Positions 19,406 through 27,195 of a stretch of DNA of 64,000 nucleotides are shown in pieces. The DNA is taken from positions 68,002 to 132,001 of the IMG/VR virus record IMGVR_UViG_3300032242_002920, one strand, 5' to 3'. The position numbers and the translations under genes were made by a program. The notes beneath the pieces are model-generated. The model ran no database searches and was not told where the DNA came from. It was given only the letters and a program-made list of their open reading frames with translations. Each line of letters begins with the position of its first letter. The stretch's first letter is position 1. This DNA is from a virus.

Positions 19406-22122
19406 TGACCATTAATTCTAGAAAAATTCCATTAGGTTTTGCGGGATCTAATTTTCGTCCTTGGGAATATAAAGTTGCTGGGTTTCGTATGCTTGCCAAT
19501 GAATACGGTAGGGCTAGTTCTACAACTAGCACTACTTTAGTTGATACGTCCAAATCTTGGGCCGTAGACGCATATAAAGATAAATATGTTGTTGTAGGTA
19601 GTTCTGTTGGTCCTCAAACCGTTAAAATTGTTAGCAATACAAGTAATACTTTAACAGTTGCAAGTTGGCCAGTTGCGTTGCCAACAAGCGCAATTATGTC
19701 TGATGGTAGTAAACTTATATATGAAATACAAAATGGTGCAAAAATTATGGCAACGGCGACATCTTCAACCGGAACTAGCGTTACGGTTAGTCCTATTGCT
19801 CCTAATACCTCTTTAAATTTAATTTCTGGAAAATCTTATACCGTTGTTGGACAAGGTATACCAGTTTATTATACTGGTTCTTCAGTCACCCCGCCAGTCA
19901 TATTAAATTCAAAAGGTCAAAGTATGACTCATTCTGCATCAACGGTTTCTTTAATTAAATACACCCCTACAACATCCAACCCTTCTACCATTACTTTACC
20001 AATCGCTCCTTTGACGCCTTTAAATGGTATTGTTCTTTATTTTTTTGAAAATGAACTTAGCATTGAATGTCAACTAATGTTAATGGCTAATTCGGGAGTA
20101 GAATCATTTAGAACGCCATTATTTTGGAAAGATATTGAACCAAATGCTCCAATTGGAGAAACTAGAAGTTATAAATTTTCTCCGGCAAATGACGGCGTTG
20201 ATTATGATATTTTTTATTCAATGTCAGCGAGTTTGGGAATGAACGCAATGATTCGCCTTGGTAACCCTCCAGACCATGAAATAGATTATCCGTATAGTAA
20301 AAATTATTTTGGTCCAGTTTCATTAGATGTAACGGGATATGGCGGACAATTTATCACAGTAAAAACTGCAATAGACGGTTCATATGATCATAATTTAAAC
20401 AATTCTTATGCCGTTTTTAAAAACATGTTTGTAACTGGAACAAATGTGCCAGCAAATACGTATACAACACCTTTAACTGAAAATCAAGTAACGCTAGGAA
20501 CAACAACTTACAATATCGTCGTTAACAAAAATACTCCGGAAACTTCGGTTAGAACCGGCGTTGCATCGGATGGATCAACTGCATACATTATTAAATTAAA
20601 TAATAATGTTCCTTCTGGAGATGTAACAATTTCTGCAACTATCAAAGTGGATGGAAATTTAGTTACAAGTCCGTTTCCATATTACAATACTGATTCGTCA
20701 AACCCAATTAATTTTAGTTCAGAAAACGATCTTAGAGCTTTTTGTTTACAAATGGGAAGAAAAGGCGGAACCGTACCAAAAAACTTTAAAAATTTTGGCG
20801 ATTTTATGAATGTATTAATTAATCGTTATGGCGCAAACGGAACAATTTGGCAATCAGAAAACAATTTATGGTCAAGACCAATTCAAAAAACTTTGTCTGA
20901 TGCCCACTCTGGTTCATTAACATCCGGCAGTTTTAAATTAATTTCTAACATTGCGGATTGCAAAGGATTTGTTGTTGGTGCGACAATAGAATCATCCGCA
21001 AGCGGATCAATTCCAGCTACCTCAACAAACGGCAATGCAGCTTTTCTTTCTCCTAAAACTAAAATTTTGTCAATTGCTAAAGACACTAGTTACACAACAC
21101 AAAATGCAATTTATTTAAGTAAATTTACTAATACTGCATCAGCCTCAAATCAATCAATTACTATTAAATATCCACCAATTCAAAATTGGCAAATTTACAA
21201 CGAGGTTCCCTCAGATGGTGCTGATGGAACTTTTTATTGGAGAATAAACTCTGGAACAATTCATTCAAGTAATATTTTAATTGGCGTCAACTGGCCTCAG
21301 TATAGAACAACTGCAAGTGTTGTCAATTCGTCAAATAATACAAGTTCAGTTTACACAACTAATATGGAAAATGGTTGGGGTCCAAGTTTTTCATCCTTGC
21401 TTAGCACTGCAAAAGCTGAAGCTCATTCAACCGACCCCAATGCAAGTATTGTTACCTCAGGCATCAACTCTGAACCGAGTTCTTCAAACACCGCATCGTT
21501 GTTTACTAAGAAAAACGCAAAAAATAGTTTTGATAAAATTGCATTTCATCTTTATGGACCTTATACAACTTCGGCTGGAGCAGTTAATTCCGGACCTTAC
21601 ACAGTAACCGGTCAAGAAACACAAAGAATTATAACTTTACTTGAAAAAAATTACGGTAAAAATACGCCATCATATAATATAACACCTGATGTAATTATTA
21701 GCGAATACGGATGGAGTACCGCGCCTAAAACTGCTGGATCGGTACCCGCTGGCGGAAATGGATATTCATATAATGTTCACGATCAATTTATTGCTAACGC
21801 CACGCCAAATTCCCTTGGGTATATTACTACCATGTTTGATAAAAATTGGCATACAATAAATCATAAAATTTATACCGCTCGAAAAATGATGTCAGAAAAT
21901 ACAAATTTGATAAATTTTGAATCAGTTATGTATTTTAAATGGGCAAGTGATGAAGGAAGAGAAATTAATGATTCTCCATTTTTAGATAACTGGAGGGGTC
22001 CAAATTTTTACATGTCTCCGTCAACTAATTCAAGTGTACCGGGATCAACTATTCAATTTTATATGAAACCTGCGGCTAAATCATTACAAGATGCGGCGTT
22101 GACACTTCAAGGTAGAATCTGA
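19405..22122 (+). CDS. GH-A clan (GH39/GH5-like) glycoside hydrolase with beta-rich insertions
   Basis: GVESFR...WKDIEP, FMNVLINRYG.NG, WQIYNE (acid/base), DPNASIV..G, FDKIAFHLY, ISEYGW (nucleophile). Confidence 0.7.
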   Translation: MTINSRKIPLGFAGSNFRPWEYKVAGFRMLANEYGRASSTTSTTLVDTSKSWAVDAYKDKYVVVGSSVGPQTVKIVSNTSNTLTVASWPVALPTSAIMSDGSKLIYEIQNGAKIMATATSSTGTSVTVSPIAPNTSLNLISGKSYTVVGQGIPVYYTGSSVTPPVILNSKGQSMTHSASTVSLIKYTPTTSNPSTITLPIAPLTPLNGIVLYFFENELSIECQLMLMANSGVESFRTPLFWKDIEPNAPIGETRSYKFSPANDGVDYDIFYSMSASLGMNAMIRLGNPPDHEIDYPYSKNYFGPVSLDVTGYGGQFITVKTAIDGSYDHNLNNSYAVFKNMFVTGTNVPANTYTTPLTENQVTLGTTTYNIVVNKNTPETSVRTGVASDGSTAYIIKLNNNVPSGDVTISATIKVDGNLVTSPFPYYNTDSSNPINFSSENDLRAFCLQMGRKGGTVPKNFKNFGDFMNVLINRYGANGTIWQSENNLWSRPIQKTLSDAHSGSLTSGSFKLISNIADCKGFVVGATIESSASGSIPATSTNGNAAFLSPKTKILSIAKDTSYTTQNAIYLSKFTNTASASNQSITIKYPPIQNWQIYNEVPSDGADGTFYWRINSGTIHSSNILIGVNWPQYRTTASVVNSSNNTSSVYTTNMENGWGPSFSSLLSTAKAEAHSTDPNASIVTSGINSEPSSSNTASLFTKKNAKNSFDKIAFHLYGPYTTSAGAVNSGPYTVTGQETQRIITLLEKNYGKNTPSYNITPDVIISEYGWSTAPKTAGSVPAGGNGYSYNVHDQFIANATPNSLGYITTMFDKNWHTINHKIYTARKMMSENTNLINFESVMYFKWASDEGREINDSPFLDNWRGPNFYMSPSTNSSVPGSTIQFYMKPAAKSLQDAALTLQGRI

Positions 22123-22135
22123 TATAATAATATAA

Positions 22136-22209
22136 CGGGATGTAGCGCAGTCTGGTAGCGCATTCGCTTTGGGAGCGAAGGGTCGTAGGTTCAAATCCTA
22201 CCATCCCGA
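22136..22209 (+). tRNA. tRNA-Pro(TGG)
   Basis: CGGGATG/CATCCCG acceptor, loop TT-TGG-GA. Confidence 0.95.
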
Positions 22210-22214
22210 TCATA

Positions 22215-22286
22215 GGGCGATTGGCGCAGCGGGAGCGCAACTCGTTTACACCGAGTAGGTCATTGGTTCGAATCCAATATCGCCCA
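22215..22286 (+). tRNA. tRNA-Val(TAC)
   Basis: GGGCGAT/ATCGCCC acceptor, loop TT-TAC-AC. Confidence 0.93.
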
Positions 22287-22291
22287 TTTGA

Positions 22292-22333
22292 TTTACACCG
22301 AGAGGGTCGCAAGTTCGAATCTTGCATCGCCCA
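22292..22333 (+). pseudogene. 3' half of a second tRNA-Val(TAC)
   Basis: TTTACAC CGAGA GGGTC GCAAG TTCGAAT CTTGC ATCGCCC A; no 5' half. Confidence 0.8.
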
Positions 22334-22350
22334 TAATAATCTGCTACAAT
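22322..22350 (+). promoter_or_regulatory. promoter for leaderless small gene
   Basis: TTGCAT-17-TACAAT (TG extended), ATG 6 nt downstream. Confidence 0.6.
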
Positions 22351-22356
22351 GCAGGT

Positions 22357-22524
22357 ATGCACTTTGACATTTTAAATTATGTTACACACCTTGGGTTTGA
22401 AGGTCTTGCTGCTATAGGCGGTTATTACGCTCGCGGCTTTTGCAAGCATACTTGGCACAGGGTCACTGTTGCAGTAGTTTGGTCAATTGTTTCGACTTTC
22501 CTACTAGTATCAGTTGTAGGATGA
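22357..22524 (+). CDS. small membrane protein (55 aa)
   Basis: MHFDILNY...VAVVWSIVSTFLLVSVVG, hydrophobic; leaderless start. Confidence 0.5.
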   Translation: MHFDILNYVTHLGFEGLAAIGGYYARGFCKHTWHRVTVAVVWSIVSTFLLVSVVG

Positions 22525-22529
22525 TATTT

Positions 22530-22611
22530 ACCCGAATGGCGGAATAGGTAGACGCGTTGGATTTAGGATCCAATGCCGCAAGGCGTGGGGGTTCGATTCC
22601 CTCTTCGGGTA
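22530..22611 (+). tRNA. tRNA-Leu(TAG)
   Basis: ACCCGAA/TTCGGGT, loop TT-TAG-GA, long variable arm. Confidence 0.93.
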
Positions 22612-22614
22612 TTA

Positions 22615-22732
22615 GGTTGCCCATCAATGTAATAACACATGTTGGTGAAACCGCCTAATCCATAGATGAAAAGGTGAAATTAATTTATGGATAATGATTC
22701 ACTCATAGGCAAGCGGGTAAGCCTTGGCAACC
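22615..22732 (+). ncRNA. candidate ~118-nt structured RNA between tRNA-Leu and tRNA-Asn
   Basis: 7-bp closing stem GGTTGCC/GGCAACC enclosing three arms; fills the spacer exactly. Confidence 0.5.
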
Positions 22733-22735
22733 CTT

Positions 22736-22807
22736 TGGCGCGTAGCTCAACGGCAGAGCTTTCGACTGTTAATCGAATGGTTGTAGGTTCGAATCCTACC
22801 GCGCCAG
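22736..22807 (+). tRNA. tRNA-Asn(GTT)
   Basis: TGGCGCG/CGCGCCA, loop CT-GTT-AA. Confidence 0.93.
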
Positions 22808-22810
22808 TTT

Positions 22811-22899
22811 GGAAAGATGGCAGAGTGGTTGAATGCGTCGGTCTTGAAAACCGAAGTAGGGCGCGAGTTCTACCGAGGGTTCGAATCCCTCTCTTTCCT
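22811..22899 (+). tRNA. tRNA-Ser(TGA)
   Basis: GGAAAGA/TCTTTCC, loop CT-TGA-AA, long variable arm. Confidence 0.95.
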
Positions 22900-22902
22900 T
22901 AT

Positions 22903-22974
22903 GCCGCCATCGTCTAATGGTCAGGACATGGGTTTTTCACACCTAAAACCGGGGTTCGACTCCCCGTGGCGGTA
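22903..22974 (+). tRNA. tRNA-Glu(TTC)
   Basis: GCCGCCA/TGGCGGT, loop TT-TTC-AC. Confidence 0.92.
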
Positions 22975-22975
22975 C

Positions 22976-23004
22976 TTGCAGTAAACAAAAATCTATGCTA
23001 TAAT
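22976..23004 (+). promoter_or_regulatory. promoter for tRNA-Met
   Basis: TTGCAG-17-TATAAT with TG extended -10. Confidence 0.65.
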
Positions 23005-23014
23005 AGATACACAT

Positions 23015-23086
23015 CGCGGGGTGGAGCAGTGGTAGCTCGCTAGGTTCATATCCTAGAGGTCGAAGGTTCGATTCCTTCTCCCGCTA
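23015..23086 (+). tRNA. tRNA-Met(CAT), initiator-like
   Basis: CGCGGGG 5' end with C1:U72 mismatch, loop TT-CAT-AT. Confidence 0.9.
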
Positions 23087-23088
23087 CT

Positions 23089-23160
23089 ATCTCAGGTCGT
23101 CAGGTTGCCCCGCCTGAGATGAACGCCCCGGATGAGCCTCTGATTCAAGCTCGCCGGGGC
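23089..23160 (+). ncRNA. candidate two-hairpin RNA after tRNA-Met
   Basis: ATCTCAGG/CCTGAGAT and GCCCCGG..GAGC/GCTC.CCGGGGC stems; second could act as terminator. Confidence 0.4.
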
Positions 23161-23198
23161 TATGTATTTTCTAAAAATTGTGCTATACTTGCAATCAT

Positions 23199-23282
23199 GC
23201 TCGGATGGTGGAATTGGCATACACGGCTGACTTAAAATCAGCTTCCCGGTTGGGATTGCGGGTTCGAGTCCCGCTCCGAGTA
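23199..23282 (+). tRNA. tRNA-Leu(TAA)
   Basis: GCTCGGA/TCCGAGT, loop CT-TAA-AA, long variable arm; upstream TGCTATACT -10. Confidence 0.94.
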
Positions 23283-23318
23283 CTTTAGAATATTCATAGA
23301 TCAATCGCATAATAAGTG

Positions 23319-24692
23319 ATGAGTGCTAATGGACAACTGGCGGCGAGCGAACTAGCTCCAATTACAGGCGGAGGTCATCTTCGTAAAGATGCCGCTCTTG
23401 CTTGGAATGGTTTTGCAAAATATTGCCTTGCCGTTCATGGCGCTCATGTTGCTGTTAATGATTCTTATCGCGTTCTTGGTCATCCGGGAGATTATGCTAG
23501 GGGAATTTGGAGCCAATGGGCCGCGTGGGAAAGATACAAAGCGGGTGGCAACTTATCCGCTGTTCCGGGATCTAGCAACCACGGCTGGGGATTGGCAGTA
23601 GACGTGCCACCAGCAACTCAGGATCTTATTCATAAATATGGAGATGGATTTGGGTTCAATAAAGCTAAATCCGACGCTCCAACAGAAAATTGGCATTTTC
23701 GTTGGGATGGGTATATTCGTCCCGACCTTAAACTTCGTTGGTGTTCTTCATCAACTGGCGCGCCCGTACTACACCCCGGATATAGAGGTCCAGCGGCTAT
23801 CACTCTTAAGAAGAGGCTTCGTGCTTGGGGTTATTTCCCTCTTGCAATGAGGATTGATAATAATTATGCTGGTAAAATCGTTCCAATGGTTCAGAGTTTT
23901 CAGTCCCATCATGGACTTGCTCCTGATGGTGTTGTTGGCCCAACTACTTGGCATGAACTTAATAAGGTCCCACCTCCCGGACCCAAGCCAATTGTAAAAC
24001 CCAAGCCCAAACCCCCTGTTCCTGCACCCAAACCTAAGCCGGTTCCGGTGACTCCCCCTAAACCTAAACCAGTACCAAAAAGCAAGTATTTTGCTGATGT
24101 TTATGAAGGTGATCAGTTTAATGCTTCTCAGTATAAGGCTGGCAATTATCCTTTGATTGTTCTTAAGGCATCAGAGGGAGCAACTTACAAAGATCAAGCT
24201 TTTAATGCCAGATTTCGTGATGCTGGGCATATTGGACTTACTAGGTTTATTTATCATTTTGCTCGCCCCGGAAATGGAAATACCCCAATTGCGGAAGCGC
24301 AAAATTTTGTTGCTGCTATTAATGGTGCTGGCAAACTCAATCCTGATGATCGCCTTGTTCTTGATTGGGAAGATCCTAAGTTTGAAAATAAAAATGGCGA
24401 CAAATGGATTGCAGATTTTTGTCACGAAGTTGGCAAACTTGGTCATACCGTTCGTGTACTTTATAGCGGTGGTTGGTATCTCCCCGGCACAGTAACTAAA
24501 TGGCCCGTTGATCATACTGGTAAGGCTCTCAAGTATTGGCATAGCGCTTATACCGCCGACCCATCATCTAATGTACCACCTATGGCTAAACCAAATCTTT
24601 GGGCTTGTCAATATACCGATGGTACCGTAGGCACACTTGAGCCTAAGCAGGCTCGGGGAATTGGACATTGTGACATGTCCTTCCTAGTTTGA
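23319..24692 (+). CDS. modular endolysin: M15 peptidase + peptidoglycan-binding domain + Pro/Lys linker + GH25 muramidase
   Basis: SYR, PGSSNHGWGLAVD, ENWHF (M15); FQSHHGLAPDGVVGPTTW (PGBD); KASEG, YHFARP, LDWE, QYT (GH25). Confidence 0.88.
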   Translation: MSANGQLAASELAPITGGGHLRKDAALAWNGFAKYCLAVHGAHVAVNDSYRVLGHPGDYARGIWSQWAAWERYKAGGNLSAVPGSSNHGWGLAVDVPPATQDLIHKYGDGFGFNKAKSDAPTENWHFRWDGYIRPDLKLRWCSSSTGAPVLHPGYRGPAAITLKKRLRAWGYFPLAMRIDNNYAGKIVPMVQSFQSHHGLAPDGVVGPTTWHELNKVPPPGPKPIVKPKPKPPVPAPKPKPVPVTPPKPKPVPKSKYFADVYEGDQFNASQYKAGNYPLIVLKASEGATYKDQAFNARFRDAGHIGLTRFIYHFARPGNGNTPIAEAQNFVAAINGAGKLNPDDRLVLDWEDPKFENKNGDKWIADFCHEVGKLGHTVRVLYSGGWYLPGTVTKWPVDHTGKALKYWHSAYTADPSSNVPPMAKPNLWACQYTDGTVGTLEPKQARGIGHCDMSFLV

Positions 24693-24706
24693 TATAATAT
24701 AGTTGC

Positions 24707-24780
24707 GCCGAAGTAGCTCAGTTGGCCAGAGCGCCTCACTTGTAATGAGGATGCCGGGGGTTCGAATCCCTCCTTCGGCT
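24707..24780 (+). tRNA. tRNA-Thr(TGT)
   Basis: GCCGAAG/CTTCGGC, loop CT-TGT-AA; upstream GTGACA-17-TATAAT. Confidence 0.95.
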
Positions 24781-24824
24781 CTTATAATCTTATCTCCTGA
24801 CATTAATTATTGAAAGGAGGTTTC

Positions 24825-25142
24825 ATGGACCCACAGAAAATTATTTCGGCTGTTCAAGGACTTATTGCGTCTATTACCGCTGGCCTCGTTTCATTTGGTA
24901 TTCTCGGTGGTGCGCAAGCATCTGCAATTCAAGCTTTTATTGTCTCTGCAATTGCTTTTGTTTCTGCTATTGGTATTCATTCCGTTCGTTCTGCAACTTT
25001 AAGTGCGGAAGATGCTGCCACTTATGATCCTACTGCTGTTCCGCCAGCAAATTTAATTGTTGACCCATCTGCCGATGCATCCGCAGTTACTCCCGATGCA
25101 TCAACAATTGATGGACCTACCTATAACTCTGAAGGAGTGTGA
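24825..25142 (+). CDS. putative holin
   Basis: Downstream of endolysin; two TM segments; AAAGGAGGT RBS. Confidence 0.6.
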   Translation: MDPQKIISAVQGLIASITAGLVSFGILGGAQASAIQAFIVSAIAFVSAIGIHSVRSATLSAEDAATYDPTAVPPANLIVDPSADASAVTPDASTIDGPTYNSEGV

Positions 25143-25157
25143 TCCTTATCTAGCGGG

Positions 25158-25185
25158 TCCCGGCTTGAAATACAGCCGGGATTTT
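25158..25185 (+). terminator. intrinsic terminator overlapping promoter TTGAAA-17-TATGAT
   Basis: TCCCGGCT/AGCCGGGA stem + TTTT. Confidence 0.7.
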
Positions 25186-25203
25186 GCTATGATGTTTCTA
25201 CTT

Positions 25204-25276
25204 GCCCTTGTAACTCAATTGGTAGAGTAGGAGACTTTTAATCTCAAGGTTGTAGGTTCGAGTCCTACCGGGGGCA
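25204..25276 (+). tRNA. tRNA-Lys(TTT)
   Basis: GCCCTTG/CGGGGGC, loop CT-TTT-AA. Confidence 0.9.
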
Positions 25277-25278
25277 TT

Positions 25279-25572
25279 ATGAATAAATATATTACGGGAA
25301 CAAAACAAAAAGTTATAAATGTTCATAAGGAAAACGCAGATTGCCGCAAGTATGGTTGTTGCGTTCATAGTCCTTCTGATCATAATATGAAAAATTGGCC
25401 TACTCATTGGCGCGACGATCACGGTATGATGGAGAGAATTTGCGAGCATGGTGTTGGTCATCCCGATCCAGATCACATTGGTTGGGTATCTCGTAATGTT
25501 GGTTCTAGGGCTGCTAAGATTGTATCTATACATGGCTGCGACGGTTGTTGCAGAAAGGAAAATAATGAATAA
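25279..25572 (+). CDS. Cys/His-rich hypothetical protein
   Basis: CCVHSPSDH, MERICEHGVGHPDPD, HGCDGCC metal-binding pattern. Confidence 0.65.
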   Translation: MNKYITGTKQKVINVHKENADCRKYGCCVHSPSDHNMKNWPTHWRDDHGMMERICEHGVGHPDPDHIGWVSRNVGSRAAKIVSIHGCDGCCRKENNE

Positions 25573-25885
25573 GAATAAGAAGTTTTGGAAGAAACAAGCT
25601 AAAGCTTGGCGAGAGATTGCCGAAATAGAAACTGAATCTGCTAACGATTGGTCGGCAAAGTATTATTACCTTAATATGGAATACGAAGATCTTGACGCCA
25701 AGTACGTAGACCTTATTAGTAAATATGAAACTGCAAGGCGCGAGCTTAATACTCTTCGTCAATATAATATTGGAAGAAAAACTAATGCGTCAAATACTAC
25801 CGGAACTTCTGGTAGTGGCTATTCGTACAATACCACTTTTGATTTTACAAAACCTAAGAAGAAAAAGCGTTGGCGTCGAAGTTAG
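25565..25885 (+). CDS. hypothetical coiled-coil protein
   Basis: AAAGGA RBS before MNKNKKFW. Confidence 0.55.
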   Translation: MNKNKKFWKKQAKAWREIAEIETESANDWSAKYYYLNMEYEDLDAKYVDLISKYETARRELNTLRQYNIGRKTNASNTTGTSGSGYSYNTTFDFTKPKKKKRWRRS

Positions 25886-25893
25886 TAATTTAT

Positions 25894-25964
25894 TGGGGGA
25901 TCGTCTAAAGGCAGGACAACGGTCTTTGGAACCGTGAATCTAGGTTCGAATCCTAGTCCCCCAG
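25894..25964 (+). tRNA. tRNA-Gln(TTG)
   Basis: TGGGGGA/TCCCCCA, loop CT-TTG-GA. Confidence 0.93.
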
Positions 25965-26053
25965 TTTATAAAATTCTTAACAATTATAACTGAATAGATC
26001 GCAACATAATGATTAGAAGACAAGTTAATTTTCAACATAAGGAGGCACAAGTT

Positions 26054-26275
26054 ATGTCAACGACAGAAACTGACAAGGATACTCTTGCCGATCATCGTGT
26101 TTCCACTTTTGAAGAGCTTGGATTTTCAAAAGAAGATTCAGAAAAACTTGCATTAACAAAAAATATTGATATAATCAATGGTAAGCAATATAGCTTTCCT
26201 CTCTCTTGGCACAAAGTCAAGAAAATGCTAGATAATGGTTGTAGTCATGAGCTAGCTCTTAAAATACTATTATAA
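26054..26275 (+). CDS. hypothetical protein
   Basis: AAGGAGG RBS before MSTTET. Confidence 0.6.
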   Translation: MSTTETDKDTLADHRVSTFEELGFSKEDSEKLALTKNIDIINGKQYSFPLSWHKVKKMLDNGCSHELALKILL

Positions 26276-26283
26276 GGACAAAT

Positions 26284-27051
26284 ATGACAGAAGAAACACA
26301 TTTTACTCCAAAGCTTGGCAAGGCACAGGCTCGCCCCGATGCCGTAAAGTTAAAGTTCAGTAACTACATTAATACTACGCAACTTCCTACGCCACCTGTT
26401 TCTTTTGGTCATGAAGCCCTGATTAGTTCTTGGGGTATGCTTGGCAATGATCGCTACGGTGATTGTGTTTGGGCTGGTGCAGCACACGAAACGGCAATGT
26501 GGAATAAGGAAGCTAATCATGTTGTTAACTTTACTGATCAGGCCGTTCTTTCGGACTACTCTGCTGTAACAGGATTTAATCCTAATGATCCTAGCACCGA
26601 CCAAGGAACCGATATGCAAAAGGCCGCTTCTTATCGAAAGAAGTCTGGCATTAGGGATGCAACTGGCAAGCGTCATCAGGTCGCGGCTTACTTGTCCATC
26701 ACTCCCGGCAACGTTCAAGAGCACCTTCTTGCTATGTATCTTTTTGGTGCAGTTGGTATTGGTATCACATTCCCAGATAGTGCAATGAGGCAATTTCATT
26801 ACTCGCAGCCTTGGGACATTGTTCCCGGAGCACAAATTCAAGGTGGTCATTATATTCCCCTTGTCGCTCGTCGTAACAATATGCTTGTGTGTGTTACATG
26901 GGGTCGCACTCAGCCAATGACTGATGCATTCTTTAGTAAGTACAATGATGAGTCGATTGTTTATATTTCTAATGAAATGCTTGTAAATGGTAAATCTCCT
27001 GAAGGATTTAATGCACAGCAACTTCAGGCCGATCTCGCACAGCTTCACTAA
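26284..27051 (+). CDS. putative papain-like cysteine peptidase
   Basis: MLGND..GDCVWA (Cys), GGHYI (His), VTWG. Confidence 0.55.
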   Translation: MTEETHFTPKLGKAQARPDAVKLKFSNYINTTQLPTPPVSFGHEALISSWGMLGNDRYGDCVWAGAAHETAMWNKEANHVVNFTDQAVLSDYSAVTGFNPNDPSTDQGTDMQKAASYRKKSGIRDATGKRHQVAAYLSITPGNVQEHLLAMYLFGAVGIGITFPDSAMRQFHYSQPWDIVPGAQIQGGHYIPLVARRNNMLVCVTWGRTQPMTDAFFSKYNDESIVYISNEMLVNGKSPEGFNAQQLQADLAQLH

Positions 27052-27059
27052 GCAGTTCA

Positions 27060-27130
27060 GCATCTGTGGTGTAGTGGTAACATCAGAGCCTTCCAAGCTC
27101 TTGTCGCGGGTTCGAATCCCGCCAGATGCT
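27060..27130 (+). tRNA. tRNA-Gly(TCC)
   Basis: GCATCTG/CAGATGC, loop CT-TCC-AA. Confidence 0.94.
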
Positions 27131-27195
27131 TTCAAATCTGTCTTAATCAAGCAGATAAATTATATAGCAGACAAGTACATAGGATTTAATTTTTA

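Noticed and set aside
22292-22333. attP site implying a temperate phage/prophage boundary
   Set aside because: No integrase in the window and phage genes continue on both sides; cannot be excluded for the rest of the genome.
22687-22917. ORFs spanning the tRNA cluster (22687..22917, 22076..22327, 23092..23310, 18277..18555)
   Set aside because: They overlap clear tRNA cloverleafs and are spurious translations.
22530-23282. tRNAs with TAG, TGA and TAA anticodons as stop-codon suppressors / recoded genome
   Set aside because: Read 5'->3' these anticodons decode CUA (Leu), UCA (Ser) and UUA (Leu); conserved genes are intact in code 11 and all three stops are used.
26350-27150. 266-aa minus-strand ORF (also 12996..13541, 17437..17922, 54459..54989)
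   Set aside because: Antisense shadows of well-supported genes or tRNAs, with no RBS or recognisable motifs.
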